A stretch of 64,000 nucleotides of DNA from Klebsormidium nitens (Eukaryota; Plantae; Klebsormidiophyceae): positions 276,982-340,981 of the forward strand of contig DF236960.1 in the NCBI GenBank assembly GCA_000708835.1, read 5' to 3'. The translations under genes and the position numbers were made by a program. Under the pieces are notes generated by a model. It worked only from the letters and a program-made list of their open reading frames with translations, did no database searches and was not told where the DNA came from. Positions 1-11,700 of this stretch are shown here, one piece after another (position 1 is the stretch's first letter; the number at the start of each line of letters is the position of its first letter).

Positions 1-38
1 CGGAGGTTAAGAACTTTGGGTTCTCAAAGTAGGGTTCT

Positions 39-330
39 GTGGTACGAAAACAGAGTGGGAGCGCCCATGCGGTGCTGCCGACTTTGGATGAGCCAGGGGA
101 GAAGGAAGGTGCGATCTTGCCGCCGCCGATGGTCAAGGTAGGTCTTGAAGGTCGACGTCTGCGTTTAGTCAAATTGCGCTTTGCGAGGTTTCTGAATTCT
201 GGAGTCATCGGGTTGTCTGCCGCGATAATGTAAATGGGGAGCGGCAGTGCGGTGCTGCTGAGCCTGTAGAAGTTGATAGAGGGGGCGTTCGCGGTGCTGT
301 CTGTGACAAGTGTCAGGATGGGTTCTCTAA
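39..330 (+). repeat. Degenerate intronic copies of the upstream MAGL exon (nucleophile-elbow/GAIL..PM.K region)
   Basis: 39-147 reads ..SGSAHAVLPTLDEPGEKEGAILPPPMVK followed by gtaggt, resembling MAGL SMGGAVALL...W.GAILVAPM.K. A second copy at ~233-320 reads MGSGSAVLLSL*KLIEGAFAVLSVTS and contains a stop. The source exon is not in the window, so this is inferred from family consensus. Confidence 0.5.
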
Positions 331-921
331 TAAGGGCTTGAGAATGTCACGAATTTGCGGATCCGGCAATTCTCTGCTGGTCCGCTTTAACCAGCTTAAG
401 GGTTTTATTATATCGGCCCTTCGACAACCTAGGAATTGGCGCTGGGCTGTGCGCAGACGGACAAGGTGAGCTCCCGGGTTGCGGGCTTTTGTGGCTTGAA
501 TGTTCATAACTTCCAGTCTTGGACTCGCGTTACTTCTGGCCGCGATGGCTCCGCTGCAGCTCTTTACAAAAAACTTGCCGCCCCCATTTGAAGTTCCTGG
601 GGTGGGCTTTCCCAACCTTGAATCGTCGGATGCTGTTTCCTTGTCGGTCTTACGGTCAGGATCGGTAAGCATAGTCCGGGCAGTTGGAATCCGATGGCAA
701 GTCTGACGCAAACAGCTGTACTCAGCCTACACAAAGCCTCGGAGCCGTTTAAGGCCAATCTGTGCGCGCCAATGGTTACCTGAGCTAGTCTTCGATCGTC
801 GAAGCTGGGAATCGAACCCAAATCCGGTCGCTTTTGTGACGTCGAAAGCAGCGGTTTGGCAACATGATGTTTGAAGGTCGGTAAGCCTCAAGGTTCTGAA
901 AGCCCTTTTTGTCTCTTACAG

Positions 922-2956
922 ATTCTGGACAAGTACCGGCCCCCGTGGATCGTTGAGCAGCTCGGGCTCCTGTTGGTCCACGTCATCCCCACGTGGCCCA
1001 TCGTTCCGGTCCGCAACCGGGTCGACAACTCCTTCCGGGATCCGGCCAAGTGCGAATTGGTGAGCCGGTTTCAAGGCCGCATATGTTGCTCCTGTAAAGG
1101 GCACCTGAATGGATAAAAAGGTTAGCGAAAGGTTTGTAGTACGTGGAGTTCTATAAAGGAAGGTTCAAACTTTGCTTTTCCTGAAGTCAGTTCCAAGTCG
1201 CTCTTTCGACTGTGCTTGGAGAACTCTGTTCGAGCTCCCGAGCTTTCTGTGCAGCAAGGAGCGTACGTTTACTTTGAGCAAGCCGGGGCTCGAGAGCGCA
1301 CGAACAATACGCCTTTTTATCATGCACCTTAACCTAGACTTATTTCAGGATTCTCACAGCAACTCTACTTGCAAATAATTTGAAGTCAAGATGGCGTCGA
1401 AGTCGAAGGTGAAAAATCTGCGGCACTAGGTTGGGCAGGAACTTCCAGTCAAACCCGAAAGGGAAGCGTCAAACCATCTGACCCCTATTTCGAACCAAGC
1501 GAGCATTCGGGCGAAACTGAAACAAGCTTCGAAGCAGCTGAAGATGGACCCGTACGTGTACTTAGGAACAACTCCAGGCATCGCTGATTCCAGAGGGTAT
1601 TTCGTGAACCCAGAATCTCATGCTTGCAGGCGAAGAAGGATCCGTACATCTACGTGAAGAAGCCGCGGCTCAAGACGGGGCAGGAACTTCTGCGGGTCAC
1701 GCTCCACCTGCAGCAGCGGCTGCAAGAGGTAAGCAGGATTTGCCACGTGGCATGCGATGGAATGTGCCACGTGGCCGTGCTTTGCTTCCCGTATGTACCA
1801 TGCATAAGGTGTCTTTTTGGCAGGTGCTGTTGCGATCCAAGTTCAACCTGCAGCAGCGGCCACAGTTCGTACGCAGAGATTGCGACGTGGCCTGTCTCTG
1901 TCTTCCCACGTTGGCCACGTGACAGTCTTTTCGCCAAACTTTCAAGACTTGTCGCTGCGGGCAAAACCAGATTTGCTCCGTGCGGGTTGTTGGTTGCAGC
2001 CCAACTACAGACACAGCGCGAGAATCCGTTGCCCAGCGGAAACTGCGAACAATCTTTTCATGCCGCTACGGGTCCTGTTCCGTCCTGGGCTCCACGGAAC
2101 TACGAGACTATCAGAATTCAGATCTGCTTTTCCGACTTCCTCTCGGCTCACGTCGTTTGGACTCGTTTGGACTCCAAAAAAGTGGTGCGCTTGCTTACCA
2201 ATTTGCCGTCAGGAGAATGGTCATCTCGTTCCGCTCCTGATCACCGTTGTCTTCCTGGTCCTCCCCGGAACCGCGGACACTGGAAGCGTCACCGAGGTCA
2301 GCCAAGCCCTGTACGAGCAAGCGTCCAGTTTGGACAAGACGGTCAAGAACTTGCCACGCAAACTCCGCTCTTGTGTTCCGCTGCACAACAATACTCTTGG
2401 TCTTGCACGGAATGGGAACACCGTCAGCGACATCGAGGTCAGCCAAGCCCTGTCTACGCAAGCGTCCAGTTCGGACAACACGATCAATTGATTTCCGAGC
2501 AAACCTCGTTCCGTGTTCTGCTGCAGATCACATTCCGTCCCTTGTCCACCACGGAACCGCGGACACTGGAAGCGTAACCGAGGTCAGCCAAGCCATGTAA
2601 GAGCAAGCGGCCAATTTGGACATGACATTTGAACCTTTTCCAAACAACCTCCTTTTCGTGTTCCGCTGCAGATTACCATTCCGTTCCTGGTTCTCCATGG
2701 AACGGCGGACACCGTCACGGACATCGAGGTCAGCCAAGCCCTGTACGAGCAAGCGGCCAGTTCGGACAAGACGATCAAGATTTATCCGGACGGTTACCAC
2801 GCGCTACTGCAAGGGGAGCCGGAGGAGCAGCGGCAACGGATAGCGGACGACATCGTGACGTGGATCGATAAGCGGGCGCACGCATATACACACGCGGGCG
2901 GCAAGGCGGCGCTCCAAGACGCGGAGTTGGTGGACAGAGTTCTGGAGGACGCTTAG
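922..2956 (+). CDS. Alpha/beta-hydrolase, monoacylglycerol lipase / caffeoyl-shikimate-esterase-like (Hydrolase_4 family). 5'-partial: last three exons only
   Basis: Exons 922-1059, 1630-1728 and 2672-2956, all phase 0 with AG/GT boundaries. They join to ILDKYRPPWIVEQLGLLLVHVIPTWPIVPVRNRVDNSFRDPAKCEL-AKKDPYIYVKKPRLKTGQELLRVTLHLQQRLQE-ITIPFLVLHGTADTVTDIEVSQALYEQAASSDKTIKIYPDGYHALLQGEPEEQRQRIADDIVTWIDKR...EDA*. The motifs KPRLKT..ELLR, PFLVLHGTAD (catalytic Asp region) and YHALL (catalytic His) match plant MAGLs. The exon with the GxSxG nucleophile must lie upstream of the window. Confidence 0.9.
2235..2660 (+). repeat. Decayed tandem copies of the 5' part of the MAGL last exon inside intron 1729-2671
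   Basis: Three imperfect copies of ..GGAACNGCGGACAC..GAGGTCAGCCAAGCCCTGTACGAGCAAGCG.CCAGTT.GGACAAGAC at ~2240-2345, ~2395-2490 and ~2520-2625, versus the real exon at 2672-2780. The copies carry frameshifts or stops. Confidence 0.85.
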
Positions 2957-5429
2957 AGGAGGGTTGCACTTTCGGCATCAGGAGTGAAACTGCTGAAGTT
3001 GAGTCCGTTTTTGCGAATGTCAACTTTTGGGATTGAGGCGCACGTTCCGATAGTCATGGTTCCTTCAGAAGAACAGAGGAGTCACAGTCCCTTCGGCGAA
3101 AGAACATAGGAGAAATGCGAAGAACTCAATCGGACCCTAAATTTGACTACCTTGACTTGACTCTGTACAGCTTTCATACTTGGAACGACCCGTAAGGCAA
3201 CAATTTGATGGGTCAATATAGCACACAGGAATTCAACGTCAACGCCAGCCTGCCCGCCGTTGGCCGAACTTGGTGGCGACAATAAGTGAAAGCTTGGATA
3301 GCGTAGACCATTTGCCACGCGAATCGCATGCGCACTGCGCTGCATGAGATTGAGCACGGTTTGCTTTGGCATTTTTCGAGTTGAACGGCAATATGGCTTG
3401 AGTTAGAAATCCGTACAGCGAAGTTTCGAACTGAGTCTTTCTTACATCGCTTGAGTTGATACATACCTTGAAGGCCGCGGGAATCGCTTTCTGTCCCATC
3501 TGCTTCTATTCAGTTCGAAGTACATGGATCGCCGGGTGCACCGCCGCATCCCCAAACTAAGTTACACGTTCAGATCAGCTAATCACGTCCGATCAGCTTT
3601 TGATGATCACACGCGCACGAGCATGCAAGAAAACGTTCAATGTTACGGGACTCGCATTGCAGTACCCAGAATGATTTGAGACTCGACGAGACCGTCTGAC
3701 CGGACTTGATTTGATACTACGGCCAGGCCCGGTCCACAACCCGTCCACAATTGGTGACTCACGGGCCGCCGCGCCCGGCCGCGCCGGCGGCTAACAATCC
3801 GATCATCAATGGGTGCCATGCACCGTGTGCCGCCAGACCGTGCACTTCCATGAAGATGCACTACTTGTCTTACAAACTTCTATGCATGTATGGTTGATCA
3901 TGCAATAGAGTACGGTCTCAAGCTCACTGAGCTAGCTCAGCTGCCTGCATGAGAGTGGGCGGTGATCAATGGCACATAGCTAGACTCAGACGCTTAATTC
4001 TAGCTTCCAAAGCCCGCATTAAGTTTTAACTTCCATCATGTACGTATACGCACATGATGCCCAACGGCATACGTATGCATCCATGCTATAACTACAGGCT
4101 ATAGCACTCTGCGTCACGGGTCAGTACTACTGACCCTACTGTAGGTATTTGCTAGTTTAAATTTAGTTCAAATATTGGTCGGTTGACTCACTAGCCGCGC
4201 CTGTACCGTACTTTCCCGGCCGGGCTTGCCAAGTTGGACTATCTAGATAACGGAACCTCTAGCTGCATCTGCTAATGATGTTATATTTGTACATATGACT
4301 TGGTAACAAAGTGTCCGGGCACGCCCGGCCGCCAACTGCGTTTGCTTTCTTACCGTGGCTGCTTGACTAGCCTGCCTAGCATCCGTCAGGATGTCGGACG
4401 AACACTCCGAAGTTGGAAGCCATCCGATCCAAAGGGCTAATCATCAACTCATCCCTCTGCGATCAATTGGTGCAATTGGCTACAACCTAGTGTTGACGTG
4501 GCCGTGACGTTAAACCGCGCAAGTTGATTCTATGGCCCTGACCCGACTTGTTTTTGCCGTTCGATTACATCAACTGATCAGTCTGATCCCATGTGAAAGG
4601 TCTCATATACACTGCGGCTCTCAGATACGCAATCAAACCTTCTCGAGTATGTATTATAGTCTGCGAGTTGTTCATCAAACAAGGGTTCAAGTTATGAAGC
4701 TGTCGGGGCCAGGTTTTCTCTACACTTGAAACTCAAACTCGCGCAGGGAGATTTTTTCTCCAGAAAAATGAAAGAATGTGCGGTGACCAATAATAGTTCT
4801 CTAGGTCTGTTAGTGGAGGGAATCTAGCAGCCTGACAAGAGGTTTTGCGTGCGGTCTTTAGAGCGGTCTTACTACGGAAAGCGCTGCAGGAGGGAAACTC
4901 CAATTTGTTTGTGTATAAATGTTTCAGCTGGCCTACAGCATATGCACCAGGCTTTGAGAGGCCTCAGCTAGTTACACCACTGCACCTAGTTACTTACTGC
5001 AATTGTTTTTCTAGCGCTATTTCAACCCTTCAAGTTGATCGCCCCGCCTTTGCTAAATCACTTCCCAATCCAATGAAGAGCTCTCGGCTCAGTTTGAATA
5101 GCTGCAAGCAAGGCGACTTTCTAGCTGGCGCCCCCGCTGAACTTTCGCCGGTCTCACAAGCGAATCAACGCAAGGTTCCCTCATCTCCTTATAATTCGTC
5201 TAAGACTTCTCGCAATATGATCGAGCTCGTTATCAATCTTTTCGTCTGTGTATGTATGCACTATCCCCCCTCCTGTACAAAGCTCAGGCGAGCTGCCAAT
5301 TGCTTCAAAATTGCGCAAACCGGCGGCCTTTTGGCTGGTGCCCTGTTTCTTATTCGCGCCGCTCCGCTGATTTCTTCAGTCGAAGCAAATCGAAGCTCAT
5401 TCTGCAGACTCCAAGTCCTCATTCACGTT

Positions 5430-5708
5430 TCAAATCTGCTTAGCGTACTTAAGGTCCTACCCCTCCCGCTTCTCGTCCTCCAGAACCTCCTTAACCTTTC
5501 CAGAGTTTGTTTTCTTTAGCCTTTGCGCTCCAACTCCTCGCTAGCACCTCCTTAACCTTTCTAACATTAACCTCCTTAACCCTCCGCTCCCAACCCCCGA
5601 GCACCCTTCTCGGGCACTACCAATCAACCTTCCAAAACTTAACCTTCCCGCTCAGACTCCTCGTCCTTCCTAGGTTACTGCCTTAACCCACCTTCCTAGG
5701 TTAGTCCC
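5430..5708 (-). repeat. Degenerate repeats of the terminal coding/stop region of the glycosyltransferase gene in its 3' flank
   Basis: The gene end reads GGAGGTTTTGGAGGACTTGGAGGAGGCGGGTTAAGG on the minus strand. Downstream are repeated GGTTAAGG / AACCTAGGAAGG units and GGAGGTTCTGGAGGACGAGAAGCGGGAGGGGTAGG (~5455-5500). Confidence 0.55.
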
Positions 5709-8700
5709 TTAACCCGCCTCCTCCAAGTCCTCCAAAACCTCCGGTCCGTTCTCGCAGAAGCCGTCCCCGCAGTGAAACTCCCCGCACACCTTCATGTCTA
5801 TGCGCGCGTCCGGTTCCACTTTCCTCTCCCACGACTGAACCGTAGCAACCTGATTTTTTCGGTCGCCGGAGCAGTGGTTGTGGAAGACGCGCAACGTTCT
5901 GTGCAAGTAAAAGAATCATTTCATGCAAAGGCTTTGCAGAAGAGAGTAGAACAGCTGGGTTCAGTGCATCCACATCGATGCGACTATAAAATGAGAGCTG
6001 CTTAGACGCAGCAATGAGATCCATTGACGTCTTGGATCGGGAGTCTACCTAGTTGCCGGCTTTAACAAAAATCCAGTGGACATCCGATTTGGGTCGGATA
6101 TTCTGTGCAGATCGAACAGAAACACCACTTGTTTTGAAAATCGATGTAGAGATCACGAAGGTAACAAATTTTAAGACCCCACATTTGTGGAGCTCGGATG
6201 CGACGAACCAGCCTCACGGGATACGTACTTCTGAAACTTCGTCTTGTGGAAATTCTAAGGACAGACAAGTCGAGTCGAAACGAAAACCTTCAATCTGCTT
6301 CAACACACAAGATACAGATACGGGCCTGATCGGATACCGATAACCGGGTACAGTGGAGCTAACCTGCACGGGTTACGGACGTCCAGACCCGCCCATTTGA
6401 GCGCCCAAATGACCACGTTTTCAGACCCCGTTTGCGGCTCAAACCCGGTCTTGTCAACCACGCTCTGGGGCAGAGGTGCCAGGAAAACAAACGCGTCCGA
6501 CGATAAGTAGCCGTCTTCGGTATGCTCGTATCTGCGAGGATTGGGTAAGCGGTTAGGTGACCACTCTCTTCGCATACGGGATCAGGTTTTCGACATGGCG
6601 TGGAAGATCAGTTTGGCCAGGGTTTGTTAATGTCCGCAGAGAAACCGCCTGGCGCTTCTCAGGGACGAAGTCTCACCCTTTTGAATGAGAAGAAGTCAAC
6701 CCAGGGACACCTTCTGGTACTTTTAGGAACTGGAATATGGTTGCGCTCTGCTCTGTTACATAGCCATCTTCCACCATATTTCCTTTCACAGACTTAGGTT
6801 TCGCGCTCATCAAGGGTCCGCTCAACAGATCGCGCCGCACGTGAGAAGCAAAAACTGGATCAGCGCTACCAGACTGGTGAGGCGTTCCGCAATCCTTCAA
6901 ATCGCTTTTTTCCGTTAGCCGTTTCCGGCCAGTCATACGAAGTCGAAGGCAGCCTTCACCTGAAGCACATATTCTTCCCGCAGACGTCACTCTCCTTCTT
7001 CTCGTGGCGGCTCAGCGCGAGCACGCGGCCGCCCCCCGCGAGGTGGCGCTCCGCGCTCAAAACCTCCAAACCCGCCTCGAAGCTGATGTCACCATGCGCC
7101 TGCGCGCACAGCTTCCCGGGGAGGTGCGAGTTCGCGTACGCGAACGAGTCGTTGTAGTAAAGGCGGCGCCCGAGAAAGGACACGTGGAGCTTTCCGCACG
7201 GGTCGCTGAACCCGGCGCGTATCACGGCCTCGTCTTCCGGAAACTCGAGTAGCAAGTGCACGCCCACAATCTGCGCGCGCGCTCAAAACGCACACTGTCA
7301 AGACAACCTCTGTCAAGTAACCAAGCTTTCTTCAATGTAATCGGTCGTGCTAGCAGTTCCTCACTTATCCCCATATAGGTCCCTTGATTGAACGAGAGGG
7401 AAATGACCAGTTTTGCGTCAAGCTTTTGTTAAGAATGGCTTAATTGGAATGGAGGTTGAATTATGGTGACAGGGAGGGCAATACTGCAGCGATGGCATTG
7501 GTGATTGTTTCGCACAGGCGGCCCCGAAGAAAGGTTGATGATGGATTGTACGAGCACGTGGAGGATGGGATTTTTTTTTAAAGATTCCGGTGATGTAATT
7601 GCCCTCCATCTTATACGAGCAGGCACGTGATCGATTCCGCAGGTGTCTGGCGAGATTCGCTTCGGTGTCTCCCAGCAGGAAAAGTACGACGGGCCGGAAA
7701 CGTACCTGCTCGTGAGCGAGGTTCGCTGCCAGCGTGGCGTCAAACTCCGCCTGCCGGGCGGCAGAATTGTTCCGCCGGAGGACCGGGTACTGCGAGATCA
7801 AATGCAGACCGTCCGATGGGCAGGACACCGGGCGAGCGCGTGCGTCCCGGGCGGCGTCGGTCACCGCGGCCGCGAGCGCGCGCCGGACCAGAGGGCCCGC
7901 GAGGTCCGGCGTCTCGGGGTTGCATTCGACGAGTCTGTGCGAAGAACGATTTAGTGGGTCAGTCAGTCCAGCCCGTAACCATCATATATAGAACCGCAAC
8001 GTTTTGTTCATCAGAGAATCCGTGTCTGAAGGAGTACCCTTGGACGGCTGACCTTCTTTAGGCGCTAGATGATATGCGAAGTTACTGAATTGGGACGGCT
8101 CGTGCTTGCTGAGTGCTGGATAACTTCTCACGTGATGGCGATCTAAACCATCGACGTCGAGACGGGTCTCCTTTGAGATCGTGGCATACTTTGGGCGCAA
8201 TTCAATTACATGCGTGGCGCCAAAATTGGAACGGAATCTGAATTTGAAGGGTTTCTCAGCACCAGAAGACGCGTCAGATATTCGGCCCACTAAAGCAAAG
8301 TCCTTAAGAAGTTTCGTTTAGAATTAAAAAGACTCACACTTATAGAACGAGGCCCCGGCGCAAGTGCGACGTGATTATCACGGCGCAAAACAAGAAGCGG
8401 AACTCGAAACCAATCTAAGTGAAACGGGTAGCCATAGAGTCGCGCCATGCAGCTGTGCGGGCTGCTAAAGCTACAACTTTCAAGCCTCCCGGGTAGACAG
8501 AGACCAATATTCGGCTCGAATTCATTACGAGTAAGAAACCATGATAGGTACCTGGGACGGGTGGGGTTAGCTTGGGGGTAAGGGTGGGAACGGGTACGGA
8601 GCGTATCAACCTTGAGTTTAGGTTTTATTCAGCTGTTGCTGTTACCATTTATGGCGCTTATCCTTCATAGAATCGAAATTCTTCCAGAGGCTTACACTCC

Positions 8701-11700
8701 GGGAATAAGGCCGCGGCGCAGGATCCAGTCGACAGCTTTCTCCGACCACGAAGTGAAGTGCAAGGCCTTGAGGTGCGCGAGCGCGAGCGTCATCGCCAGG
8801 TGGCGCATGTGGCAGTCGCGGCCGCTCGCCGCGTCGCACCAGCGCGCGCAGATGGCGCCCGCGGCCTCCAGGCGCGCGCACATCGCGTCGGATGCGATAG
8901 CGGCGAAGTAAGCGCCGCTCTGGACGCCCGCATCGAGCAGGTTCCGCTGCAAGGAGTGGAAGAATAAGTTTCTCCTTTACGAAAATATGTCCAATCTAAA
9001 TTTTCGGCGGTGACTGTAGTGCGCAGACTTTGGCTTCTCGCATTATGATCACTTGCGAAAGGCCGTTTTTATGACTTGTTTTGGTCCCCGCTGTAAAGTA
9101 CCTTACGCAGGCGGGATCACTCTGTTTTCGAAGGCAACCCTTAGTAAGTACTTCAACCAACCTCCTCAGCAGAACGTCAGGTCTTTAATCTGGTCTCTAA
9201 GCTGCGGCAAACGCTCGACGTATATATGTGGCTTCTAGAATACTACTCCTTCGGTGTCTCTGGTTCAAGAACGCGTTGGAACTCTGTCGATGACGTCTTC
9301 TAAGTAAGAAATTCTTTTAGAGAAGAGGCAAAGGCCACAGAATAGAGACGTGATGCATATCGTTCAAAAGCCAAATCGCGCGCGCGTACCTTCAGTGCCG
9401 CAAAGAGCGCGCGCTCGCCGCACGCGTCGCCTCGGTCGACAACCAGCCCCCGGAAGTTCCGCCCAACGAGCAGCCGGAACGTTGCCTCCTTGAGCGGAAA
9501 GACCGGCCGGAGCAGCCCTACGGCGGTGTTGAGCGCCACTTCATCGATGATTCCTCCGCCGATTTTGTTGATACCATTGACGCGCAAGTGTTCCGTTCCG
9601 CTCTGCTTAGCTGCCAAATCCTCGACCGAAACGGAAAGGGTCGGGAGGTTGGTGGGCGGAAGCCCGGTAGCGAGTTCCTCAGGGGTCAGAACTAGGTATG
9701 GCGCGTCGAGGATCTCGTGAAGCTTGATTCCGCCCACTTCTTGAGATTCCCAGATGACAACTAGTCGCCGGTTGAGCTTCTGAGACAGAATGACGGCCCG
9801 CGCTAAGTCGAGCAGCCTTTCCGGTAAGCCCCCCTCGGAGCTCAACTAGGAGGAGGAGCATTTCTGTTAAAGGTTGCTGCGTCGTGAAGTCGGACCTGGG
9901 GAGGAGCGCGTCGCGCGCGGCCGCGAGCGCGTCGCGCGCGAACAGGGCGTCGCCGAATGGGCCGCGCGCGTGGATGAAGACGCTCTTTTTGGAGCGGGTG
10001 AGGTCGGTTGACGGGAGAATCCAGGCAGGACCGACAGTCAAGTCGTACTCTGCGAGCGGAAGGAACGGACGGAATTCAGAACGGAAGGAGCGGAAGGAAT
10101 CCGTTTGACTGAATCTAGTCGATTCCGCAGCAGGGCAAGGGCTTGCAGATCACTCTCAGGCAGGCCAACATGTCCTTGAGCGAAACCGATGCCTGGAGCC
10201 AAAACGTTGCCTTGGAGTGACCGAAACTGATGCCTGGAACCAAACAGTTGCCTTCGACCGGACCGACACCCTATGATCACCATCTTGTCGTAGTAAAGGC
10301 TCTCCTACCAAATTTTGTCGTTAGAAAGCGGTCAATCTAGTCGCTCTAATTCCGTTTCGTATGCTTTCTGGCTTGAACGTACTAAGATAAGATGAGCGCT
10401 TTCTTTTCCACTTCCGTCTTCAACGGGGTACTTGGACTTGAGCATGAGGATCTCTACGTCGACAGCTGCCTAAAGGGCTTAGATATGCTCTCGACACACT
10501 TCAAGTCCTGAGTATTCCTCAAGATGCCAAAATGCGATCCTCACAATTGGTACGAGAAAGGTGCAGTTTCGTCGGTAAAAGATGCCGACAAGCAATTCTA
10601 TCAAACATCTTCACACTTTGATTGAAGTTTACATACCCGCATACTTGAAGTTGACCTCCCACGGGTAGAAATCCTCCATGACATCTATCTTGGCGCCGAA
10701 AATGGATTGGTACGATTCTCCACAGGCCTCGTCCGTTTGCCACACCACCCTAAGCGGCCACCGGAGCTTCTCCGCGAGCAAAAGACCGGACGCAATCGCA
10801 GCGGCACGATCAGAACACGTGCCGATCGGACGAAGCACGACCCACTGACGGCGCACTTTCTGGTAGTGGAGCTGTAACTGGCCTACGAACCACGGAAGCG
10901 ATTCCACCTGCAGGAAATACTGAATACGATTTGAAAAAGTGTTGACCACCTCCGCGATCCAGGTGCGAAAGTAGGAAGAAACTTGTGCTTCGTGACTGCG
11001 CGAAATCTCCATTCCCAGCCATTTCTCGGTAGGCTTGCAGCAAATGGCGCCGCTCGTCCTCCGAGGAATGCCCCGAGAGGACGTTGAGGAAAGCAGCCAT
11101 GAATTCTAAACGTTCCTTGAAAGGCCGAGAAGGGAGTTTGACGCCTACGAGGCAAAACATAGATAGGAAAGGATCATTACCGTTGCCAGCTTTTCCTCCG
11201 GGAGCCCTATTTCAGCCGTAATTTCTGTGAGTTCCTTGACAGGCAGAGCAGCCAATTTACAAACCTACGAGTTCAAAAAACAAAGATCAGGAAGAAACAA
11301 TACCGTCGCCAGCTTCTCCTCCGGCAGATCGACGCTGTACCCGACCACCTGTCGGTAGGCTTGCAGCAGGTAGTGACGCTCGTCCCCGGGGGAAAGCCCC
11401 GAGTGGATGTCGGGAACCGGGGCCGTCATGGCGCAGTTGCACGAGCCGTCCAGTTGCTGGGAGCAATCGTATTGGCTTCCTTGCTTCTGAAAAGAGCGCA
11501 GAGAAGTTACTCGAGTCAGATCAGGTTTGGGTCCTCGAGTCAGTAACTATCGAAGCTGAGCAGAAATCATTTCGTCCTCGGGGGAATGCCCCGAGTGCAG
11601 GTCGGAAACCGGAGCCGTCATGACGCAGTTGTACGGGGCATTCAGTTGCTGCAGTGGGAGCAGACGTGCTGGCCTCCTTGCTTCTGAAAAGAGCGCAGAG

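Noticed and set aside
803-880. tRNA-like T-arm (TGGGTTCGATTCCCA on the minus strand) next to a small hairpin
   Set aside because: No D-arm, anticodon arm or acceptor stem could be folded.
1624-2577. 317-aa ORF
   Set aside because: Only the first 33 codons after the acceptor (1630-1728) are a real MAGL exon. The rest is read-through of an echo-filled intron.
3082-3499. Three overlapping short minus-strand ORFs
   Set aside because: No splice-consistent gene model or recognisable domain.
4845-5519. 224-aa plus-strand ORF
   Set aside because: Non-ATG start, no recognisable motif, and it overlaps the repetitive 3' flank of the glycosyltransferase on the opposite strand.
7004-7954. Plus-strand ORFs 7004-7252 and 7643-7954
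   Set aside because: Antisense shadows of GC-rich glycosyltransferase exons.
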